From: an uncultured Gemmatimonadales bacterium
Lineage (GTDB): Bacteria; Gemmatimonadota; Gemmatimonadetes; Gemmatimonadales; Gemmatimonadaceae
Length of the DNA stretch: 64,000 nt
Assembly: GCA_963701965.1 (NCBI GenBank)
Contig: OY969695.1
Location: forward strand, 3,136,001-3,200,000
Direction of reading: 5' to 3'
Shown here: piece by piece, positions 1 to 9,760 of the stretch
Position numbering within the stretch: the first letter of the stretch is position 1
Layout of the letters: each line of letters starts with the position of its first letter
The notes under the pieces: model-generated
Told to the model about the DNA's origin: nothing
The model's database searches: none
The model's input: the letters and a program-made list of their open reading frames with translations, nothing else
Made by a program: the position numbers and the translations under genes

Positions 1-334
1 TGTCGACCAGGTCTTGCCAGATCGCCATGGCGTTGCGGCCCTGCGCCACCCCGGCCACGATCTGCTCGCGGTACGGCTCGCACGCACTCGCCCGCCGCGA
101 CGCGGTCGGCGCCGTCGAGTCGGTGGACACCACCGGTGTGGTGGCCGGATTTGCCGGCGGCCACGCGCGCGGCCGGCCGCCGCGCCCCCGCACCGGAATG
201 CCCGCCGCCTTGAGATACGCGCTCGCCGTCTCCCGGCGCACGCCGGTCGCCTATTCGATCCGCCGGAGCGACCACCCCAGTCGCCCCAACGCCACGATCT
301 GCTGTTGGATGTCGGCCTTCAAGACGTTGCTCAT
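1..334 (-). pseudogene. istA: IS21-family transposase N-terminus with in-frame TAG at codon 28
   Basis: Manual translation from ATG 334: MSNVLKADIQQQIVALGRLGWSLRRIE*ATGVRRETASAYLKAAG...SACEPYREQI...GRNAMAIWQDLVD (HTH N-terminus of IstA). The stop is at 253-251. Not in the ORF track. Confidence 0.8.
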
Positions 335-446
335 GCCGGCGGAGGGACAATGCCCGCCGCCTCGGCGTCAACGCCTCGGACGTCCCCCCGGCTGGTGGCC
401 GGTTTTCAGCCGTCGATCAGTGGCCGGTTTTGACTGTCCACCGAGG
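1..446 (-). mobile_element. IS21-family insertion sequence, left end (runs off window start)
   Basis: Tandem subterminal repeats GTGGCCGGTTTT at 395-406 and 420-431, typical of IS21 ends, followed on the minus strand by an istA-like N-terminus. The boundary at ~446 coincides with the point where the neighbouring permease loses its membrane-protein character. Confidence 0.8.
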
Positions 447-986
447 CCAGCGGATCGCCACCCACGTTTCCACCGCAAGCATCAGCGACACCGCCGGAAC
501 GAATGAGAAGCTTCGCACGAGAATCGGCGCCCACGGGATCACGGGGTTGAGCCCGAAATCTGGCCTGAACACCAGAATGATTGCGCCTTCGAGGCCCGTG
601 CCGATTGCGAGCACGAGCGAGCTAACGCCGAGCAGTCCCGCACCAACCAGCAGCTTGGCGACATAGATCGTCCAGCGAGGAGCGGGAAGTGCGAACAGGT
701 GCTTCCAGGTGTTCTCGCGATGCTCCAGCCCAGCGAGGAGCGCCGCTTCCAGCGACACGAAGAGCGGGAGTCCGACGAGGCACCAGAGAAACAGCACGAG
801 ATCGAGCATCAAACTATCCCAGCCATTGGGCTGATCCGGATCAAACCGGCTTCCGCGGGCACGGGACATGTTCATGGCGGTCGTCATCGCGATTACCGCG
901 ACGGGGACAAGCGTTGACGCCCAGAGAGCGAGCGTTCTTCGGAGCTTGAGCACCTCCATTGCGGTGGCACGCACGAGATTCCTCAT
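417..986 (-). pseudogene. ABC-2 type (lantibiotic/bacitracin-resistance-like) permease, C-terminally truncated by IS21
   Basis: MRNLVRATAMEVLKLRRT, EHRENTWKHLFALP, IYVAKL motifs. ATG overlaps the ATPase stop (ATGA 983-986). The last residues RWTVKTGH are read from IS sequence. Confidence 0.75.
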
Positions 987-1930
987 ACCGTCGGTCCGGG
1001 TGAACGAGGGGAACCGAGATGAGTCCCACTCGTCAGATCGAGGAAGAGTTCCTCCAATGATGGCCGCACCGTTCGGAGCTGATACAAGCTTAGTCCCGCA
1101 TTGATGAGTGCCGCGGCCACCCGGGCGACATCGGGTCGAAGCGCAAGATCGAGACTCAAGCCTGTTGACTCTTCGCGTGCGACCGTGCAACCGATTTTGC
1201 GGAGGACGGCGGCAGCGACCAGCGGGCGATCCACTTCAATCACCAGACGCTCCGGCCAGCGTCTGCGGAGAGCGTCCAGGGTCCCTTCGAACAACAGGCT
1301 TCCGCGTCCGATGATTCCAACATCAGACGCCAGCTGCTCGACCTCGGCGAGCAGATGACTCGACAAAAAGACGGTGATGCCGTGCTCGATCGCGAATCCG
1401 CGGATCAAGTCTCGGAACTCGTGAATGCCCGCCGGGTCGAGCCCGTTCGTTGGCTCGTCGAGAATCAACAACTCAGGTTGACCAAGCAGCGCAAGGGCGA
1501 TCCCAAGCCGTTGGCGCATGCCCTGCGAGAAGGTCTTGACGAGGCGGTGCGCGTCGCGCTCCAAGTGGACGATGCGCAACGCGCGCCCGATACTGGATCG
1601 ATCCAGCGCGAGCAGCCCCTGCGCCACCCGCAGGTTTTCGTAGCCCGTCAGGTGCGGATAGAGCGACGGTGCCTCGACCATCGCGCCGGTTCGACGAAGA
1701 AATGCCCGACGACTAGTTCGATCGAGGGGCCGGCCGAACGCGCGGATCTCACCGCGGTCTGGATGGGCAAGCCCGAGGAGCAAGCGGATGGTTGTGGTCT
1801 TTCCAGCGGCGTTTGGTCCGAGAAACGCGTACACGCTGCCGCGCGGCACGCGCAGGCTGAGGTCCTCGACGGCGCGCACGTCTCCGAAATATCGCGTCAA
1901 GGCGTGCGTTTCAATCGCGGTATCGGACAT
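983..1930 (-). CDS. ABC transporter ATP-binding protein, LanF/BcrA-like
   Basis: Walker A GPNAAGKTT, E-loop MVEAP, signature FSQGMRQRLGIA, Walker B LILDEPTNGLDP, SSH switch. Confidence 0.9.
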   Translation of the reverse strand: MSDTAIETHALTRYFGDVRAVEDLSLRVPRGSVYAFLGPNAAGKTTTIRLLLGLAHPDRGEIRAFGRPLDRTSRRAFLRRTGAMVEAPSLYPHLTGYENLRVAQGLLALDRSSIGRALRIVHLERDAHRLVKTFSQGMRQRLGIALALLGQPELLILDEPTNGLDPAGIHEFRDLIRGFAIEHGITVFLSSHLLAEVEQLASDVGIIGRGSLLFEGTLDALRRRWPERLVIEVDRPLVAAAVLRKIGCTVAREESTGLSLDLALRPDVARVAAALINAGLSLYQLRTVRPSLEELFLDLTSGTHLGSPRSPGPTV

Positions 1931-1932
1931 GA

Positions 1933-1949
1933 ACTTTACAACATAAAGT
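1933..1949. promoter_or_regulatory. Inverted repeat ACTTTA-N5-TAAAGT, candidate operator of the ABC operon
   Basis: AT-rich dyad starting 3 bp upstream of the ATPase ATG. Confidence 0.45.
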
Positions 1950-1965
1950 CGAATGCCGCTTGCGG

Positions 1966-2225
1966 CTAGAGGCTAGATCGCCACTGGGTCATGCGTCGGG
2001 AGCATTCGTCCTTGGAGGAGACTGGCGGTTCTCGCTCTCCTCCGAGGTGACGCATGGATCTGACCGATGCGCAGTGGAGACGTTTGGAGCCCTTGTTGCC
2101 CAAACCCCGGGTGCGGAAGGATGGCCGCGGGCGGCCGTGGCGCGATCCGCGCGACGTCCTCACCGGGATTCTGTGGATCATGCGCACGGGGGCGCCGTGG
2201 CACGACCTGCCGCCCCGGCACCCGC
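1966..2225 (+). mobile_element. IS5-family remnant (transposase N-terminus, ~55 codons)
   Basis: [16 protein letters not shown]...[28 protein letters not shown] from 2054 is the DUF4096-type IS5 N-terminus. Similarity ends at ~2220. CTAG at 1966 is a plausible target site. Confidence 0.8.
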
Positions 2226-2332
2226 TGGCACGCCGGCCGCAGCGAGCGCAGCGAGACCGAATAGACCCGAACGTGGCACTCCTCAACGGAGACAGAACCC
2301 ACTGTAAAGTGCTCTCTCTGGTGGCGCCCGCC

Positions 2333-4832
2333 CTAGTCGACTCGTAACGCCTCGGCAGGCGCGACGCGCGATGCCTGGCGCGCCGGCATCCAACTCGCCG
2401 CGATCACCGCCGCGACCAGCAAGACGGTGATCCCGATGTAGGTGGCCGGGTCAGACGGTGCAACGTCGTAGAGCAGCGAGCGCAGGACACGCGTCGCCGC
2501 GAGTGCCCCCACGATGCCCACGATGCCGCCGGCGGCCGCGATGACGACGCCCCGGCCGACCACGAGTTGCACGACCGAGGCGGGGGTCGCGCCCAACGCG
2601 ACGCGCACGCCAATCTCGCGCGTGCGCTGGACGACGGTGAACGCGAGTACACCGTACACGCCGAGCATCGCGAGCACGAGCGCAACGGTGGCGAACGAGG
2701 TGAGCAGCGAGGTTCCGAACCGGGCGAGGGCCATCGAGTCGCCGACGCGTCGAGCGAGTGGACGGACATCGTAGACCGGTGCGTTCGGTGCGACGCCATG
2801 GACCGCCCGCCGCAGGGACGCGACCAGCGCGAGTGGGTCGCCAGCCGTGCGAACCAGCATCGTCACCCGCACGTCCGGCATCTGCAGGTATGAGACGTAG
2901 ATGTCGATGCCGGGCACCGAGTCGGGCGAAGTGTATCGGACGTCCCCGACGACACCAACGACGCGCGCGGTATCGTCGGCAAAGCCGGCGATGCCAAGGC
3001 TCAAGGGCTTCCCGATCGGGTCTTCGCCTGGCCACAGGCGTCTCGCTGCAGTCTCACCCACGAGCACGACTCTCGGCGCGTTGGCGCGGTCCGCATCGGT
3101 GAACGCGCGGCCGCGGACGACCGGTACGCGCATCACCGAGGGCCAATGCGCGCTGATCACATGATCGCTCAGGGTCCGAAACTCGTTATCAGAGAGCGGC
3201 GGCCGATCCAGCAGGTAGATGGGCGTCCTGCCACAACCGCCACTCAGCGGCAGGCAGTCCTGCAGCGTAACGCCCGTGACTCCGGGAAGGCTCGCGACGG
3301 CCGCGAGCACCCGGTCGTAGTAGCCGGGGAGCAGATTCTCGTTCTTGCCGTCATGTGCGCCCGGGAACACGGCGTCATCGAGCGCATCCGGCCGGCCTAA
3401 TCCCACGGTCAGCACGTTGTTGGCGTCGAAGCCAAGCGGCACGGCGAGGAGGGTACTCAGACTCCGGACGAGGAGCCCCGCGCCAACGAGCAGCACGACG
3501 GCGAGCGCCACCTGCGCCGACGCAAGCAGCGCCCGTCCGCGTGCATCGCGTCGCTCCCGAACCCCTGTGCGCGGCGTCGCGCGCGTGGCATGGAGCGCGG
3601 GGAGCAGGCCAAAGAGAAGACACGTGCCCAAGGTGACCGCGGCGGCGAACGTCAGCGCCACTCCGTCGAGCTGAATTTGATCGAAGGATACGAGCCCGAG
3701 CGCGCCAAGCGTCCGCGGTCTTGCGGTGCGTGTTGGGTCGAGTGCAACGAGGAGCCGTTCGCCCCACCAGGCAAGCGCCGCTCCGGCCGTACCACCGATC
3801 GCGGCGAGGAGCGCACTCTCGGCGAACAGCTGACCGACGAGGCGCCGGCGCGGCGCGCCCAGCGCGACACGGATCGCAATCTCTCGTTGGCGCTCGGCGG
3901 CACGCACGAGCAATAGGTTCGCGACGTTGGCACAGGCGATGAGCAGCACGATGCCCACCGCGCCGAAGAGGGCGAGCAACGCGCGCCGCACCACCGGGTC
4001 CACGCGTCTCGTGTCCAACGCGCGCGCGACCGCGCCCCCGTGAGCACCCTTCGGCCCCTCCATCGGGAAGGATTCGTCGACGCGCTGGCCCAGTTGCCGC
4101 ACCTGCTCTTTGGCGAGCTCGGGCGACACACCGGGCTTGAGTCGTGCGACGAGCGTGTACAGGTTCGCCCAGGCTTCGCTTGCCGTCTCGGGCCTCGCCC
4201 CCATGATCGTCGCCCAGAGTTGGGCGTGTCCGGTCAGTCCGTGAAAGCTCGCCGGCATGACGCCGACGATCGTGTACGGGTCTCCACCGAGGTTGATCGT
4301 GTGGCCGAGGACACCGGAATCCGCATCGAAGCGCTGGCGCCAGAGCGCGTCACCGAGCAGCACGACCTTCGGTCCGTTCGGGACGCGCGTCTCATCCGCC
4401 GTGAAGTTGCGACCGAGCGCCGGACGGATCCCCAGCGTCGGCAGATAGCGGTCGTCCGTCACCTCGACCTTGATCCGTTGGGCGGCGTCGCCGCCCAGTA
4501 TCGTCGCCTGCCAGTCTGCATAGAGCGTGATGTCCGAGAAGACGCTCTGCGCATCGCGTAACAGGGCGAACTTCGGCGGCGACCAGACCATGTTATCCAT
4601 CGCCGGCATCTCGATGCATCGGCGGTCTGGTCATGCTCACGACCATGAGCCGGTCGGGATCGCGGAACGGGAGTCGGCGAAGCAACATCGTGTTGACGGC
4701 GCCGAAGATGGCGACGTTCGCGCCAATGCCAATGGCGAGGGTCAACACGGCAACGGCGGTGAACCCCAGGCGCTTCCGAAGGGCTCGTGCAGCGATGCGG
4801 ATGTCCTGCACGACGGCGTCGACGGTCGACAT
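2333..4832 (-). CDS. ADOP-family duplicated MacB/FtsX ABC permease (frameshift at ~4610)
   Basis: N-terminal [35 protein letters not shown] (4593-4832) continues in another frame with [38 protein letters not shown] and [15 protein letters not shown]. Confidence 0.85.
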
Positions 4833-5093
4833 CGAAGCTCCTAACTGGCGCAGCTACGTTGGGCGAACAAGATGTGAGACTCGGGTGCGATCCCGATTGC
4901 TCACGATAGTGGTATCGCCCCTCGAAATCCAGCAATCCATGATCGCGAAACCCCGGTGGCTCGGGGAGTCTCGTCCGGCGGAATAGCAACAGAGTCGGCT
5001 CGATCTGTCACGGCACTTGATTCTGCGACGCCTTCGGTCAGTTGAAAATGCGACAGGTCATGAGGGTCGAGCCCGCTAGGTCGGTGGAATAAG

Positions 5094-5140
5094 GTAATCA
5101 TGATTACGGTATTGACAATTACCGTATTCTTTACACAATT
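5094..5140 (+). promoter_or_regulatory. Sigma70-like promoter overlaid by nested palindromes
   Basis: GTAATCATGATTAC palindrome at 5094-5107. TACGGTA-N8-TACCGTA at 5105-5126 encloses TTGACA (5112-5117). CACAAT at 5134-5139. Confidence 0.65.
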
Positions 5141-5167
5141 TAGGGGGCTCCTAGATCAGGAATCGCC

Positions 5168-6595
5168 ATGCTTTTCGTTGGTCGCTCTCGTGAAATTCGT
5201 GTCCTCCGGGCCGAGGTCTCTGCCGACCGGCCATCGCTCGTGATCGTCTACGGGCGCCGCCGCGTCGGCAAGTCGGCGCTGTTGCGGCACGCGGTCCGCG
5301 GTCGGTCCGTGGTCTACTACCAGGCGACGAAAGTCGCCGATGCGGATGGCCAGGCGCTGTTCCGGGCCGAATTGGAGCGGACGCTCGGCGTTGACCCGAT
5401 CCTGACCGGACTCACCGGATGGGAAGCGCTTATCGGCTACGTCCAGCGACTTGCGGCCTCAACCCATCCTGGCCTCACGGTGGTGTTGGACGAGTTCCCA
5501 TACCTGTGCGAAGCGAACAAGGCGTTGCCGTCGATCGTGCAAAAAGTGTGGGATAGCGTCCGGTCGGCCGGTACTCCGCTCGCGCTCATCCTCTGTGGAT
5601 CGCAGGTCGCGTTCATGGAGGACCTGCTCGCGGAGCGCAACCCGCTCCATGGTCGGCATTCGGCGAAGCTGGATGTTGGGCCGCTGTCCTTTCGGGACAT
5701 CGCCGCATTCGCGCCGGACTGGCGCGCGGACGATGTGCTCCGTGGGTACGGCGTGTTCGGCGGCCTTCCGTATTACTGGTCGCTCGTGGACGGGAATGCT
5801 GACCTCGAGACCAACATCAAGCGCCTTGTGCTGGCCGACGGCGCGCCATTGCGTGACGAGCCCGTTCACTTGCTGCAAGCGGAATTCTCCAGCGTCGCCC
5901 GCTACGCCAGCGTCCTGTTCGCGGTCGCCGACGGATGCACGACGCGCAGCGAGATCGCCGGTCGCGTGCTGGCCCGAGGCGAGGAGGGGGCGATCCTAAC
6001 CCCATACATCGACAAGCTCGAGGCGCTGCGCCTCCTCAGGCGCGTGCATTCGTTGGACGTCCCCGACCCCGGTCGGAGTCGGCATACTCGCTTCTACATC
6101 GGCGATTCATTCCTCGCGTTCTACTATCAGTTCGTCCTGCCGAACTTGTCCGCGCTCGACGCCGGCCACGGGGCGGCCGTGTATCGGACGCACGTCGGCC
6201 CCAAGCTCGACGAATACATGGGTGGACGATTCGAAGAGATCTGTCGTCAGTACGTTTCCCTGTACGGCCAGGAGCGGTTGCCTGACGTGGCTGGCAAAGT
6301 CGGCAAGATCTGGGGCGCGGATTTCGACATCAATGTGGCCGGCGAGTTCCTCTCCGACGGTGGCTTCGCAGGCGAGTGCAAGTGGTCGAAGCACGCGACC
6401 GGCATCGGGGTCTATCAGACTCTCAGTGCCGCGGTTAAGCAAACGCGATACTACGACGGCGCCGATCCTCACCTTGTATTCTTTAGCCGTTCGGGATTTG
6501 CGCAGGATCTCGTTCGCGCCAAGTCGAACATGATGACACTCCTAACGCCGTCCGATCTCCTCTCCCGCTCACCAAAAGCCGCGAGCGGCCGATAA
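5168..6595 (+). CDS. Archaeal-type ATPase (ATPase_2) with HTH region and C-terminal DUF234 PD-(D/E)xK nuclease-like domain
   Basis: FVGRSREI, Walker A YGRRRVGKS, Walker B VVLDEFPYL, LILCGS, GGLPYY, FEEICRQY, C-terminal GECKWS. Confidence 0.85.
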   Translation: MLFVGRSREIRVLRAEVSADRPSLVIVYGRRRVGKSALLRHAVRGRSVVYYQATKVADADGQALFRAELERTLGVDPILTGLTGWEALIGYVQRLAASTHPGLTVVLDEFPYLCEANKALPSIVQKVWDSVRSAGTPLALILCGSQVAFMEDLLAERNPLHGRHSAKLDVGPLSFRDIAAFAPDWRADDVLRGYGVFGGLPYYWSLVDGNADLETNIKRLVLADGAPLRDEPVHLLQAEFSSVARYASVLFAVADGCTTRSEIAGRVLARGEEGAILTPYIDKLEALRLLRRVHSLDVPDPGRSRHTRFYIGDSFLAFYYQFVLPNLSALDAGHGAAVYRTHVGPKLDEYMGGRFEEICRQYVSLYGQERLPDVAGKVGKIWGADFDINVAGEFLSDGGFAGECKWSKHATGIGVYQTLSAAVKQTRYYDGADPHLVFFSRSGFAQDLVRAKSNMMTLLTPSDLLSRSPKAASGR

Positions 6596-6852
6596 CGGGA
6601 CATCTCCGCGTGCTCCCTCTGGAAGCGCGTCCGCCAGCGCGTCCGAGCCGCTCGGATCCAGCACTCGGGCGCTAACCCCGAACAGTCGCAATGCCAAAGC
6701 CATGCTCGAAACACTGCGCGCATTGGGAAAACATTGAGGCGGCAGTCGCTTCGGGATGAAGGGAGAGCCGTTGGCTGCGTCAAACGTGCCGTTCACTGCG
6801 TGCGATCGACTGTTGCCACCGTTGGACTCTAACGGTGACTACCGTTGGGCGC

Positions 6853-7608
6853 ATGGCACACTCCTTCATTCTCAGGCCGTGTCAGCTGAGACGACTATCG
6901 CTACTCTCTATCCTGTTTTCATTCACTCCGTCGACGGTCAGCGCGCAAACCGTTCTTCAACCCGGGGATAAACGGATCCATCCCGAATGGCTGAAGCCCA
7001 CGCATGATTTTTACCGAACGGTCGTATCGGATTCCACTGGTCATGTCCGGTACGATTTCATGATGGATGATTTTACGATAATCGACTCAGCGGCTGGGAA
7101 GATCATTTTTGCCCGGTCACGTCAGGTCCCCCCCGGAAGATTCTCTACTGACACTTCAGTCACCGACCTGGCCCTGCGACCGCTGCGAATGCATGAAATT
7201 CATTACACGGAGAACGTCGATTTCGAGATGCTGTTTGGCGATACACTGGCCACTGTCCGGACTACCCGTAAAGGCGTGCCTTCCAGTAAGACCTACGCAA
7301 TGAAAAAGGGTTACTTCGAAGACAACATGATCGAAAACATTTTCGGGTACCTGGAGTTGCAAAAAGGCGTGGTCTACACACTCGATAATTTCAACAAGGA
7401 TACGCCCACGCCCTCGGACCCCTATACGCTCGAATATGTCTTTGATGACACCTGGTTCGTGGCCGCCGATCAGCAGATACCCTGTATGATGATCCGATTC
7501 ACACATGGTGCGACGACTGGCTATGTGTGGGTTGACAAGCGTACGCGGCAGGTGCTCAAGGAAGCAGGCCAGTCCAAAGGGGCCTCCTATGTTTTTAGAA
7601 AACTTTGA
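6853..7608 (+). CDS. Exported hypothetical protein, lower GC than flanks
   Basis: Signal peptide ending VSA-Q, beta-rich body, and many A/T-ending codons unlike neighbours. Confidence 0.7.
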   Translation: MAHSFILRPCQLRRLSLLSILFSFTPSTVSAQTVLQPGDKRIHPEWLKPTHDFYRTVVSDSTGHVRYDFMMDDFTIIDSAAGKIIFARSRQVPPGRFSTDTSVTDLALRPLRMHEIHYTENVDFEMLFGDTLATVRTTRKGVPSSKTYAMKKGYFEDNMIENIFGYLELQKGVVYTLDNFNKDTPTPSDPYTLEYVFDDTWFVAADQQIPCMMIRFTHGATTGYVWVDKRTRQVLKEAGQSKGASYVFRKL

Positions 7609-7746
7609 AATACCTCACCAACACGACGTTCCCTGCAACTGTCGCTATCTGGCCCCATCGCCGGAGCCCATTGCGACTGCGGTCGACGGTCTCAGCGAGC
7701 CTCAGACCGACCTTGACATCAACGTGACGTGGCGTAGCGTTTCTGT

Positions 7747-8256
7747 ATGGTTGACCTGCTCGTGGTACGTACGCTCGCGGACTATCCGCCGGGTTTGATC
7801 GGTACGATCGCCGCGCTCTTTGGCCGCACAATCGCGGCGAGCCATGGCGTCGACTGGACGCTCGACGCCATGATTGCCGAGGAGCAAATCGAATTCTTTC
7901 GGCGGTTCGACCCGGCGCGCGACCGGGTGTGGGTCGCGATGGACGGTGGTGCGCCGAAAGGCGGGCTGACGATCGAGGGGCCCCGGTCTGATTCCGACCA
8001 GGGCGCGGCGCGGCTCCGGTTCTTCATCCTCGATCAGTCAGTGCGCGGGCGCGGGCTGGGTCGGCGCATGGTTGCCGAAGCCATGCGCTTCTGTCGCGAC
8101 CAGCGGTGCAAGAAAGTCTATCTCACGACGTTGCCGGGTCTGGACGCGGCCTTTCGCCTGTATGCCGAGCACGGGTTCGTGCTCGCTGCCCAACGCGACC
8201 AGGCATTTCACGGAAGCCGATCTATGGAGCAAGTCCTCGAATGTAGCTTGCCATAG
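7747..8256 (+). CDS. GNAT N-acetyltransferase
   Basis: ARLRFFILDQSVRGRGLGRRMV acetyl-CoA motif and AAFRLYAEHGF. Confidence 0.85.
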   Translation: MVDLLVVRTLADYPPGLIGTIAALFGRTIAASHGVDWTLDAMIAEEQIEFFRRFDPARDRVWVAMDGGAPKGGLTIEGPRSDSDQGAARLRFFILDQSVRGRGLGRRMVAEAMRFCRDQRCKKVYLTTLPGLDAAFRLYAEHGFVLAAQRDQAFHGSRSMEQVLECSLP

Positions 8257-8282
8257 CGCGTCGAGACGGCGCGCCGGTTCGG

Positions 8283-8819
8283 TTAGCGCGCCGGCTGGCT
8301 CGACGGGGGTACCATGCCGAGCATACGCATGTAGGTGACGATGTTCCCGTAATGCTCGTTGTCATGCGCCGTACTGTAGAGCAGCGCCCAGAGCGCGGAC
8401 CGCTCGCCAGCGAACGTCTTGACTGTCCTTTTCATCGCGTCGGCGTCGGTCATCGCGTACGCCTTCTGGCAGTGCGCGGTGGAGGCCTTGAGCGCCGCCA
8501 CCAATGCGGCCTTCCCGGTCGTGGTGTTCTCGATGAGGCCCGAGGCGTTCGCCTTCTCGCCGAGCGCCTGGGCGCAGAACATATCCTGGGAGCCGGCGAT
8601 GTGCGCGATGAGCTGGCCGAAGGTGCGCACCGTCGGCGCAGGGCGGTACGAGTAGCTCGAGTCTGGCACCTGCTCGGCGGCCGCGGTCACGTAGCCGATG
8701 ACGATCGTCCAGATCTCGCGATCCGCCGCGAGTGCCGACGGCGCGGTGGGGGCAACGGGATGCGAAGGCGCGGCGCCCAGGGTGGCGGCAAGGAATAGCA
8801 GGGGAATCGAACGCATCAT
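8283..8819 (-). CDS. Exported DinB-family protein
   Basis: Signal peptide MMRSIPLLFLAATLGA, YRPAPTVRTFGQLIAHIA, HDNEHYGNIVTYMR. Confidence 0.85.
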   Translation of the reverse strand: MMRSIPLLFLAATLGAAPSHPVAPTAPSALAADREIWTIVIGYVTAAAEQVPDSSYSYRPAPTVRTFGQLIAHIAGSQDMFCAQALGEKANASGLIENTTTGKAALVAALKASTAHCQKAYAMTDADAMKRTVKTFAGERSALWALLYSTAHDNEHYGNIVTYMRMLGMVPPSSQPAR

Positions 8820-9209
8820 GACGAAACGCCTCCGAACGGTGGGTCCCAGCGGCAGTGGCTGGACAACCGGGTTGTGACGACGAAGATCGAAAAAGTATGT
8901 AGCAAGACGGGAGGCGACGCCACGAGCTGGCCACGCACGCTCCCCTTCGCACCGCTGCCGGCGGCTCAGCGCACCAACCGCCGTCGCGCCGTTTCGGGTC
9001 TGGCACCTCGGGCATTGACGCCTCGTTCGCGTCTCACCGGCGGATAGGCTGAATGACCTATACCCGACAGTAGGGACTTGTTGGCGCGGCCAGGCGCACC
9101 ACGTATGGTAGGTATCCACACCGGGCATCGACGTCACCGCGACACCATTGGGCTTATTCTGACCGGAGTGCTGCAGCCGATATCCCGATCCGGATCCAAT
9201 GACTCGCCC

Positions 9210-9690
9210 ATGAAACACCTCGCGACGGGTCTCATGCTCATCGTCGGCTCGGCTACCCCCGCCTTCGGCCAGTGGACTATCGACGCCGCCGTCGGCGTCG
9301 TCGCACCGACGTCCGGCAGTGGCTTCAGGTCAGGCCTCGATCTCATGGGCGCGGTCGAACAGCGCCTGGACCCCGGGCTTCCGCTCGCGCTGCGCCTCGA
9401 AGTCGGCTGGAATCGCACCATCACGCGCACCGATCTCGACGGAATTGTCGACCCGCCGTTGGCGGGCACTCGACTCCGTCCGGACGTACTCGCCGGCTTC
9501 GGCCTGTATCAAGTTAGGGAACTCCGCTCTAACCATACCAATTTTGGCCTCAATTTTGGTGGCGGACTCCGATACCCCATCGGCCCCGTCCAACCGTTCT
9601 TCGAGGTCCGCTATCACAGGCGACTACGCGCCCGTGGCGGCTATCAGGTTCATTCCGTTCCAGTTCGGCGCGCGCCTTCCATTTCTGTGA
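9210..9690 (+). CDS. Small outer-membrane beta-barrel protein (frameshift at ~9620)
   Basis: Signal peptide MKHLATGLMLIVGSATPAFG and amphipathic strands NFGLNFGGGLRYP, FFEVRYH. The barrel C-terminus RFIPFQFGARLPFL lies in another frame ending at 9690. Confidence 0.65.
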
Positions 9691-9740
9691 TCCGGCCGGG
9701 AGGCGGGGAGTGCTTGACGGCGCGTGCGCCGTTCTGTAGC

Positions 9741-9760
9741 CTAATGCCCATGGGCATTAG
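9741..9760. promoter_or_regulatory. Perfect 20-bp palindrome CTAATGCCCATGGGCATTAG over the decarboxylase start
   Basis: Directly visible; contains both candidate ATGs (9744, 9750). Confidence 0.6.

Noticed and set aside
4838..4866. GCCCAAC...GTTAGG on the minus strand before the ADOP gene, and similar AAC/GTT words at ~6830-6850 and ~42375, as integron attC sites
   Set aside because: Too short or unpaired, no L boxes or hairpin that I can support, and no intI in the window.
7713..7745. TTGACA followed by an ACGT-G-ACGT dyad as a MerR-type promoter for the GNAT
   Set aside because: Weak dyad, no convincing -10 at 19 bp, and no MerR gene in the window.
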